NCBI GenBank assembly: GCA_048886685.1
Contig: JBHLKM010000007.1
Location: forward strand, 96,001-160,000
Source: Candidatus Hodarchaeota archaeon
GTDB taxonomy: Archaea > Asgardarchaeota > Lokiarchaeia > Sigyniarchaeales > SOKP01
Direction: 5' to 3'
DNA: 64,000 bases
The notes under the pieces are model-generated. The model searched no databases. It saw only the letters and a list, made by a program, of their open reading frames with translations, and had not been told where the DNA came from. Made by a program: the position numbers and the translations under genes. Shown piece after piece: positions 29,430 through 37,748 of the stretch (positions are counted from its first letter, which is position 1; every line of letters starts with the position of its first letter).

Positions 29430-30929
29430 ATGAAATATAACAAAGAAGAAATAAGAGAAAAATATAAGGATTTATTTGAATATTCTTTAGATTTAATTTA
29501 CGTTAATGATTTGAGAGGAAATTTTCTAGACGCTAATGATATTGCGTTAAAAAAGTTAGGTTTTGCAAGAGATGAAATTCCAAATATTTCTTTCATAGAC
29601 TTACTCGATAGAGAGAATTTAATGAAAGCGATAAAAATTACGAATGAAATTAGAAAAACAGGAAAACAAACAGAACGAAGTCAATATAAGCTTAAAACAA
29701 AAGAAGGGAAATATATATACGTTGAAACCTATGCGATACCCTTAAAAAAAAATGAAAAAATTTATGCCATTCTAGGGATTGGAAATGATATTACTGAGAG
29801 AAAATTAGCAGAACAGAAATTAAGAGAATCAGAGGAAAAATATAGATATTTATTCGAAGATTCCCCATTTGCTATAATTTTAATTAACTCAGAAGGTGAA
29901 ATAGTTGATAGCAGTCCTGCCACTGAAACAATAGGTGGTTATAGCAGAAGTGACTTAGTCGGGAAAAAATTTAGAGATCTTAAAATTGTACACCCAGATT
30001 TTCTTCCATTGTTAATTGATTTATTTAGAAGATATATAAAAGGAGAAATTTTACACCGGATAGATATTCAATTGTATAAAAAGAACGGTAGTTTAATTTG
30101 GGCAAATCTTCAAGCATCTTTGGTGAAATTAGGGAGTGAAACTTTTGCTCAAGTAATTTTACATGATATTACTAAACGGAAAGAAGCAGATTTATTGATA
30201 AAAGAAGAAATACAAAAGTTAAAAGAATTAGATCAATTAAGAAAGGATTTAATTTCAAGAGTCTCTCATGAGCTAAAAACACCCCTTGTTTCGGTCTTTA
30301 CAAGTTCTGAACTTTTATTAAATGTTTTTAGAGATAAATTGGGAGAAGATGTATTAGAATTAATCCAAATGATTCAAAAGGGTGGAAAACGGTTAAATCA
30401 TCTAGTTGATAATTTATTAGATATAACAAGAATTGAATACAGGAAATTTAAATTAGAAAAAGAATCAATGAATCTCACTAAAATAATTAAAGAGAACTCA
30501 GAGGAAATGAGATTCTTGATAAAAGAGAGAAATTTAAGTCTCATTTTAGAACTCACCCCAAATGTCCATATTGAAATAGATAGATTGAGAATTGAGCAAG
30601 TAATTACTAATTTACTTTTAAATGCTATAAAGAATACCCCCCCCAACGGGAAAATAATAATAAAGCTATCAGAAGAAGAAGGTTGGGTTGAAATTTCTGT
30701 AATTGATACTGGAATTGGTCTAACTGAAGAAGAAATGAATATAATTTTCACTAGATTTGGAAAAATAGAAAGACATGAGGAAGGATTAGAATATATTGAT
30801 ATTCAAGGTTCGGGACTGGGTTTATTTATTTCAAAAGAAATTGTTGAATTACATGGGGGTAGTATTATAGCGGAATCAGAGGGTAGGAATAAGGGAAGTA
30901 AATTTGTTGTAAAATTACCTTTTCATTAG
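29430..30929 (+). CDS. Soluble two-PAS sensor histidine kinase
   Basis: Two PAS units, SHELKTPL, N/G1/F/G2 boxes. Confidence 0.93.
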   Translation: MKYNKEEIREKYKDLFEYSLDLIYVNDLRGNFLDANDIALKKLGFARDEIPNISFIDLLDRENLMKAIKITNEIRKTGKQTERSQYKLKTKEGKYIYVETYAIPLKKNEKIYAILGIGNDITERKLAEQKLRESEEKYRYLFEDSPFAIILINSEGEIVDSSPATETIGGYSRSDLVGKKFRDLKIVHPDFLPLLIDLFRRYIKGEILHRIDIQLYKKNGSLIWANLQASLVKLGSETFAQVILHDITKRKEADLLIKEEIQKLKELDQLRKDLISRVSHELKTPLVSVFTSSELLLNVFRDKLGEDVLELIQMIQKGGKRLNHLVDNLLDITRIEYRKFKLEKESMNLTKIIKENSEEMRFLIKERNLSLILELTPNVHIEIDRLRIEQVITNLLLNAIKNTPPNGKIIIKLSEEEGWVEISVIDTGIGLTEEEMNIIFTRFGKIERHEEGLEYIDIQGSGLGLFISKEIVELHGGSIIAESEGRNKGSKFVVKLPFH

Positions 30930-31292
30930 AAAGTATGGTTTAAAAATTCAATCACTCCTTCTCTTATGTTATAACTTTCTACATATATCCTTGATTATAT
31001 TTTATATATCTTTTTCTATCAATCTCGCATAATATACTAAATAATGAAAGAGAGTAAATGTAAAAAAAGTGGATATTAAAATTTTATTCTTCAAAAAGAG
31101 AAATCGGGTTTGTTTTTAACAGATAAACGTGAACTCTTTTAATAATTGGATAAAAGATTTAATATTTAATCCCTAAATACTGAAAAACTTGAAATATTCA
31201 GATATTATTAAAAGAAACAAATAAATATTGGAAAATGCCATGTTCTTTTTAGAAGAGGATAAGTATTTAAAAAATAACTAAACATTGAGGTT

Positions 31293-33557
31293 ATGATAAT
31301 GGAATTGATGAAATATGATAGGGTCGAAATTTGCGAAAAATTTAATGATTTATTCGAATATTCTTTGGATTTAATTTATGTATGTGATTTGGAAGGAAAT
31401 TTTCTGGACGCGAATGATATTACATTATTTTCATTAGGTTATGAAAGAGAAGAAATATCAAATTTAACATTTTTAGACGTCCTTGAGAAAGACGAAATCA
31501 ATAAGGCATATGGTGTTATTAAAGAAATTCTTAAATCTGGGAAACAGTTTAAACGTAGAGAATATAAAGTAAGAGCTAAAAATGGGGATTTTATTTATAT
31601 AGAAACATATGGTATTCCCCTAAAAAGAAATGGTATTATTTATGCAATCTTAGGTATTGGTAAAAATATTACTGAACGTAAAAAAGCAGAACTCAGGTTA
31701 AAAGATTCTGAAGATGTGTTCAAAGCCCTCTATAAAGAGGGTCCAATTGCGGCTTATACTTGGAAAAAATTAAATGATGACTTTGTTCTTATTGATTTTA
31801 ATAACGCAGCTGAGAATTTAACTCAAGGTAATGTCCTTAATGTGTTAGGCCATAAAGCTTCCGTAATGTATAAGGATAGATCTGACATTTTGGAAGATTT
31901 ATATAAATGTTTTAATGAGAAAACGCATACCACGAGAGAGATGAGATATAAATTTCAATTTACTGGAGAAAATAAGTATTTATTAGTAAATTATGGCTAT
32001 GTTAAGCCAGATTTGGTAATTGTACAAACTGAAGATATAACTGAAAAAAGAATCGCAGAAGAAAAATTAAGAGAGTCTGAAGAAAAATATAGAAGTATTC
32101 TTGAGAATATGCAGGATGGATATTTTGAAGTAGATCTTAATGGAAATTATACTTTTGTCAATGATTATCACTGTAAATTTTTAGGATATTCAAAAGATGA
32201 ATTAATAGGAATGAATTATCGCGATATTATAGAGAAGAAAACGATAAATGAAGTATTTAACAAATTCAGACAACTGTATAATGAAGAGACCACTAGAGCA
32301 ATTTTTGAAAGTAAAGTTCTCAGAAATGATGGAGTAAAACGAATTATAGATGGAACAGCATATTTAAAATTTGATTCCAAGGGAAAAAAAGTTGGCTTTT
32401 ATGGTTTTACTCGCGATATTACGGAGAAAATAGAAGCTGAAGAAAGACTTTTAGAATCTGAGAAAAAATACCGATATCTCTATGAAAATTCTCCATTTTC
32501 TATCGTCCTTATAAATTCTAAAGAGGAAATTGTAGATTGTAATCCAAGGACAGAAATAATGTTCGGATATCTAAAGGCTGATTTACTGGGCAAAAAATTT
32601 CACAAAATTCCAGTATTTCATCCAGATTATTTACCAACTATTATAGATCTTTTTGAAAAATTCATAAAAGGAGAAAAAATGCATCGTATTGATCTACAAA
32701 TGTATAGAAAAGATAGAAGTTTACTATGGGTAAATTTACAGGCTTCTATAGTTCAAGTAGAAAATGAGTACTTGGTTCAGGCTTTATTTATCGATGTTTC
32801 AACACGAAAGGAAGCAGAATTCTTAATTAATAGAGAAATTAAAAAATTGAAAGAACTTGACCAAATTAGAAAAAACTTAATATCGAGAGTTGCTCATGAA
32901 TTAAAAACACCTCTTGCTTCTGTTTGTGGAGGCACAGAGTTTCTTACTAGTGTTTACAATGACCAAATGGGAGAAGAAGAATTAGAGATCCTCACTTTAA
33001 TTGACAAAGGTGGGAACAGATTAAAATATTTAGTGGATAATTTAATTGACATCTCAAGAATGGAATATGATAAGTTCAAACTTAAAAAGGATATGAGTAA
33101 TTTATGTGAATTGATAAATGAATGTTCTAAAGAAATGGAACATCTAATAAAAAAGAGAACTTTATCTGTCGATTTAAAGCTTCCTGATAAATTATGGTTG
33201 GATATTGATAGAATTAGAATAGAACAAGTTATTACGAATTTATTATCGAATGCAGTAAAAAATACTCCCCCTAAAGGAAGGATTACAGTTAAAGTAGAAA
33301 AACAAGAAAATTGGGTTATCCTCTCTATAAGTGATACAGGAGTAGGTTTGACAAAAGAGGAAATGGAAATAATTTTCACTCGATTTGGCAAAATAGAAAG
33401 ATATGGGGAAGGACTCGAATATATTGATATTCAAGGCTCTGGGCTTGGATTATTTATATCAAAAGAAATTGTTGATTTACATGGGGGTAATATTAGAGCA
33501 GAATCAGGAGGGAGAGGTAAAGGAAGCACCTTTATCGTAGAATTACCAATTATATGA
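31293..33557 (+). CDS. Soluble multi-PAS (about 4) sensor histidine kinase
   Basis: Four PAS-like units, AHELKTPL, NLLSNAVK, DTGVG, GSGLGL. Confidence 0.93.
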   Translation: MIMELMKYDRVEICEKFNDLFEYSLDLIYVCDLEGNFLDANDITLFSLGYEREEISNLTFLDVLEKDEINKAYGVIKEILKSGKQFKRREYKVRAKNGDFIYIETYGIPLKRNGIIYAILGIGKNITERKKAELRLKDSEDVFKALYKEGPIAAYTWKKLNDDFVLIDFNNAAENLTQGNVLNVLGHKASVMYKDRSDILEDLYKCFNEKTHTTREMRYKFQFTGENKYLLVNYGYVKPDLVIVQTEDITEKRIAEEKLRESEEKYRSILENMQDGYFEVDLNGNYTFVNDYHCKFLGYSKDELIGMNYRDIIEKKTINEVFNKFRQLYNEETTRAIFESKVLRNDGVKRIIDGTAYLKFDSKGKKVGFYGFTRDITEKIEAEERLLESEKKYRYLYENSPFSIVLINSKEEIVDCNPRTEIMFGYLKADLLGKKFHKIPVFHPDYLPTIIDLFEKFIKGEKMHRIDLQMYRKDRSLLWVNLQASIVQVENEYLVQALFIDVSTRKEAEFLINREIKKLKELDQIRKNLISRVAHELKTPLASVCGGTEFLTSVYNDQMGEEELEILTLIDKGGNRLKYLVDNLIDISRMEYDKFKLKKDMSNLCELINECSKEMEHLIKKRTLSVDLKLPDKLWLDIDRIRIEQVITNLLSNAVKNTPPKGRITVKVEKQENWVILSISDTGVGLTKEEMEIIFTRFGKIERYGEGLEYIDIQGSGLGLFISKEIVDLHGGNIRAESGGRGKGSTFIVELPII

Positions 33558-33579
33558 ATAAATAAATTAATAATTCTTC

Positions 33580-34167
33580 TTACAGTACTTTAGCCAAATT
33601 ATATCCTTCTTCTATTAATTCATAGTTTAGCATGCCAATTTTTTTGCCCAAACGTTTAAGAACAACTTTTTTTAAATTATCCAAATTTAAATCTGGGAGT
33701 GCTTTTGAAAGAAGACCTAAGATTGGAGTATTGATAACTGGATTTCCATCAATTGTAAGATTTTTCTCTAATGCCAATTTGCTAATATCTGCTACAACAA
33801 TTTTAGATCCACTACTTAATTTATATTTCTCAACAAAAAATTCGGGATCCTTTTCTGAATTAATTACGAATATGCCACCTTCTCTAAGGGAAGAAGTTAT
33901 TTCTTGATTTAATACAGTTTCATCAAATATTATCAAGATATTTGGGTTTTCTATTTGAGCTCTATCCCAAATAATACCTGCTCGAGAAAGCTTAGCATAT
34001 GCTTGAATAGGAGCACCTCTTCTTTCTGCTCCAAATGAAGGATATGCATGTACATCAGCAAAATTCCCACTTAAATACGCCGCTTCTGCGATCAATTCAC
34101 AAGCTGTCACAGCACCCTGACCTCCTCGACCATGTATGATGATTTCTATTTTTTCAGTTTCTTTCAT
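33580..34167 (-). CDS. porG: 2-oxoacid:ferredoxin oxidoreductase gamma subunit
   Basis: HGRGGQGAVT, PSFGAERRGAP, NTPILG. Confidence 0.92.
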   Translation of the reverse strand: MKETEKIEIIIHGRGGQGAVTACELIAEAAYLSGNFADVHAYPSFGAERRGAPIQAYAKLSRAGIIWDRAQIENPNILIIFDETVLNQEITSSLREGGIFVINSEKDPEFFVEKYKLSSGSKIVVADISKLALEKNLTIDGNPVINTPILGLLSKALPDLNLDNLKKVVLKRLGKKIGMLNYELIEEGYNLAKVL

Positions 34168-34376
34168 ATTAAAAGCCCAATAAAATTGAACTATTACTCT
34201 TTATTAAGAAGTTTACCGAATAATATAAAATTTGTTTAAATTTCTTTTATGAGCATAATCTTAATAGGAAAATAGTTTGAATAATCAATTAAGAGAAACA
34301 ATATTAAGCAGAAAAAGATATAATAAACTATCATTAATCTATTAACTAGCAATTTTAAAGTCTATGTGATGTATTC

Positions 34377-35225
34377 ATGAAAAATGATACTGGATTTTTT
34401 GAAGGCAGAGAATTGAAAAAATTATTCTATCAATTTTGGTTACCTGATTCTGGGGAAATTAAGGCATATCTTATAACGCTTCACGGGTGGGGGACTCATT
34501 CTGATAGATTAAAACTTATTGCTGAATACTTTACAGAAAAGGGTTATGCCATTTATTCGTTTGATTTACGAGGGCATTGGAGAAATGCTGGAGAAATTCC
34601 CGGACATATAGATAGTATGGACCATCTTCAAAAAGATACTCTCCTTTTCCTGGATGTCATACGTGAAATTGCAGATAATAAAAAAATATTTTTGATGGGT
34701 CATTCTTTTGGAGGATTGATTGCCTTAATTTATGCTATTAATCACCCAGCATTACCAGGAGTATTAATTTCTTCACCCTTATTAGGATTGTTTATGAAAC
34801 TATCAATAGGTAAAAAAGTAATTAAATCAATATCCAGCACCATATCCAAATTATCACCTAACAAAATTTTAAATTATGAAATCGATCAAAATCAATTAAC
34901 AAGCGATTTAAAAATTTTAAGAAGTCATATTACCGATAAACATAAAATAGAGGTAATTTCGGCTAAATCGGCTTCTGAAATTGATAAATATACAAAATGG
35001 ACCATGGAAAATGCCTCTGATTTAATTTGTCCTGTGTTGATAATGCAAGGTGGTAATGATAAAATAGTTGATAAGAAAAAGGCAGAAGAATTCTTCAAAA
35101 AAGTTAGAAGTAAAGATAAAACTTATAAGGAATACCCAGGATTTCTTCATGAATTATGGAATGAAAAAGGAAGAGCCCAAGTTTATCAAGACATGTATGT
35201 CTGGTTAGAAAAACATTTGAAATAG
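34377..35225 (+). CDS. Lysophospholipase/monoacylglycerol lipase family alpha/beta hydrolase
   Basis: HGWGTH, FDLRGH, GHSFGG, QGGNDKIV, HELWNE. Confidence 0.9.
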   Translation: MKNDTGFFEGRELKKLFYQFWLPDSGEIKAYLITLHGWGTHSDRLKLIAEYFTEKGYAIYSFDLRGHWRNAGEIPGHIDSMDHLQKDTLLFLDVIREIADNKKIFLMGHSFGGLIALIYAINHPALPGVLISSPLLGLFMKLSIGKKVIKSISSTISKLSPNKILNYEIDQNQLTSDLKILRSHITDKHKIEVISAKSASEIDKYTKWTMENASDLICPVLIMQGGNDKIVDKKKAEEFFKKVRSKDKTYKEYPGFLHELWNEKGRAQVYQDMYVWLEKHLK

Positions 35226-35251
35226 GACTTACTTTTTTAATTTTACTAGTT

Positions 35252-36397
35252 TCATCTCTCACGTTTACCTTTGATAAAATCAGAAACCCATTGTTTAGCA
35301 ATTACATCAGAAGGCGGTTGAATATGAGGATGTTTAAAACTAAATGAACTAATACTTTCTAATCGTCCAGAAATCCCTCGATCTAATGCAAGTTTCATGA
35401 CACGAATTATATCTAATAAAACTCCAGCAGAATTTGGGGAATCTTCAACCCGAAGTTTAACATCCATTACTAAAGGCAAGTTACCATAGGTAGTTCCATC
35501 TATTCTTATATAGCAAACCTTTTTATCTTCAAGAAATGGAACATAATCACTTGGTCCAATTCTACAGTTAACTGGATAAGGGAGAACCGAAGCAACTGCA
35601 GAAGTTTTAGATTTTCGCTTTGTTTGTAAACGATTTTCAAATTTCATATTATAGAAATCACCATTTCCTCCTATATTTAATTGATAGGTGTCATTAACAA
35701 CTACCCCTCTATCTAGAAACATTTTAGCTAACACCCTATGGGTAAGAGTAGCCCCTACCTGAGATTTAATGTCATCCCCAGCACAGGGTAAATCCTTTGA
35801 TTCAAACTCAGCAACCCAGTCTTTATCACCTTTAATATGTTCAGAAACAATAAATTCAGGTATACCATTTATAAAACCACAATCTGCATCAATAGCAGCT
35901 TGGACATAGATTCTAGATGCTTTATAACTTCCAACAGGTAAAAGATTAATTAAAATTTCTGCTCCTTTGTCTTTTAATGTCTGAGAAATATTAACAGGTT
36001 CTACCTTGCTCTCATCATAAGCCTTAAAGTAATCTAATGTGGATATATGACCATCTTTACTTTCATAGCAGCCATCTGAAATAGGACCAGGAAAACATAA
36101 AGCACCAGTTTTAGGCATTTCATCTGGTTTTACAATCATTTGGCAGCAATTAGGCTCAGCATATATTGCTTCTGAAAGGTCTTTATTTATTTTTGTCGTA
36201 GCTACATCAAAAGCAGCAACTACCTTAATGTGACGAGGGAGATATCCACCTATACTTGGGTTCATTATACCATTAATGTATAGATCTTCTTCTTTGATAT
36301 TTTTGTAGTATTCAATCCCTTGGATTAAAGCAGAGGCACAATTTCCAAGCCCAGCTAAAGCAACCCGTATTTCTTTTTTTCCAGGATTATTTCTCAT
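35252..36397 (-). CDS. ino1: Myo-inositol-1-phosphate synthase
   Basis: GLGNCASALIQG, GDDIKSQVGAT, QLNIGGNGDF, K..SKT, GPSDYV, EDSPNSAG, FKHP. Confidence 0.95.
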   Translation of the reverse strand: MRNNPGKKEIRVALAGLGNCASALIQGIEYYKNIKEEDLYINGIMNPSIGGYLPRHIKVVAAFDVATTKINKDLSEAIYAEPNCCQMIVKPDEMPKTGALCFPGPISDGCYESKDGHISTLDYFKAYDESKVEPVNISQTLKDKGAEILINLLPVGSYKASRIYVQAAIDADCGFINGIPEFIVSEHIKGDKDWVAEFESKDLPCAGDDIKSQVGATLTHRVLAKMFLDRGVVVNDTYQLNIGGNGDFYNMKFENRLQTKRKSKTSAVASVLPYPVNCRIGPSDYVPFLEDKKVCYIRIDGTTYGNLPLVMDVKLRVEDSPNSAGVLLDIIRVMKLALDRGISGRLESISSFSFKHPHIQPPSDVIAKQWVSDFIKGKRER

Positions 36398-37466
36398 GAG
36401 TTTGATTCCTCCTATTTATTCCTAAAATAAAGTTAGCTAAATTTTTATAGGCCTCAGCTGGATTTCTCACAGCTTTTGGTGGATTTTTGAATCCATATGC
36501 AGAGATTTCATCTATAGATCCCGCAGCGCCTTGATTTATAGCCACTTTAGTAGCTCGAATCACATCCGCTAATACTGAACCTCCATTCGGTCCATCTTCA
36601 GTTTGAATCTTTATGTCCATTATGATTTCAGATCCTAAAAATCCTTTCCCTACAATCCAGAGCATAGAATTTCTTTTGTTATTAAGAAATTCAACCCAAT
36701 CAGAAGTACCTGCGACTATTGGGGCATCTACATTTAATGCACGTGTTACAGACATGCTCTTGATTTCTCGTTTAATTTCTCGTGCGCGATAAATTGTATT
36801 CAAACTTTCGGCTCCACCACCTACATCGAGAGCATAACTTTCTTCTATATCAATTCCTCTATCTAACATCTGTTGAAGGACCATTTTATGTAAAATTGTC
36901 GCCCCAAACTGATCTTGTAAATCATCCCCAATTAACGGTAAACCTTTATCATAAAATTTTCTAGCAAATTCCATATCGGTTGCAATCTTTGTAGGAGTAG
37001 CATTGATAAAAGCACATTCCGCCTTGAGAGCTTCATTTGCATAGAATTTTACAGCAATATCTGCTCCAGAAGGTAATAAACACAATACTATTTCTGTCCC
37101 TGTTGATTTAAAATGTTTTGCAATATCTTTTGATGAGATTTTTGCTGGATTGACACTTCTTTCAGTCTCAGCAATAACACCATCTAAAACGTTTCCCATT
37201 ATAACAGGGACTTTAATTTCGTTTTGAAAGTTAACCAAAATATCTAGTTCATTTTCATAAATTGCTTTAATAATATTTTTCCCTACTTTTTTTTCTGATA
37301 TATCTACTGCAGCCACAATTTCAATATCATAAACATGATATCCAGCAAGAGTTGGTCGGAGTAATCCACGATCGTTTGAACCATCTTTATAATATTCAAT
37401 ACCTTGGATTAGAGCAGATGCGGCATTACCTATACCAACAATAGCTAACTTAATCTTTTCTGGCAT
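36387..37466 (-). CDS. Divergent myo-inositol-1-phosphate synthase paralog
   Basis: GIGNAASALIQG and collinearity with ino1, but GDDLQDQFGAT, ALDVGGGAES, EDGPNGG. Confidence 0.85.
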   Translation of the reverse strand: MPEKIKLAIVGIGNAASALIQGIEYYKDGSNDRGLLRPTLAGYHVYDIEIVAAVDISEKKVGKNIIKAIYENELDILVNFQNEIKVPVIMGNVLDGVIAETERSVNPAKISSKDIAKHFKSTGTEIVLCLLPSGADIAVKFYANEALKAECAFINATPTKIATDMEFARKFYDKGLPLIGDDLQDQFGATILHKMVLQQMLDRGIDIEESYALDVGGGAESLNTIYRAREIKREIKSMSVTRALNVDAPIVAGTSDWVEFLNNKRNSMLWIVGKGFLGSEIIMDIKIQTEDGPNGGSVLADVIRATKVAINQGAAGSIDEISAYGFKNPPKAVRNPAEAYKNLANFILGINRRNQTHEK

Positions 37467-37748
37467 AAAAATTCCTCAATATGCATTCTAAAATTATTTT
37501 ATCTTAAGAGGTAAATATTTAATTATCTTATGTTTCTAAAAAACTACAAGAAGTCAATTCATGGAATTGCCTATCAAAGGTATATTATTTTTTCATGATA
37601 TTTTGGAAGAGTCTAAGGAATATAAAAAAGTCAAATCATCTTCTTTATTATTGTTATTAAAAATTTAACAAATACAGTTAATATAAAATTACTGTTATAA
37701 TTGATTATACGTAGTAATAATATCTTCTAACGCTTAAATGGGCTAATT

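Noticed and set aside
37561-37668. 35-codon ATG ORF between the ino1 paralog and mutS
   Set aside because: No motif, and it lies in a divergent promoter region; likely chance
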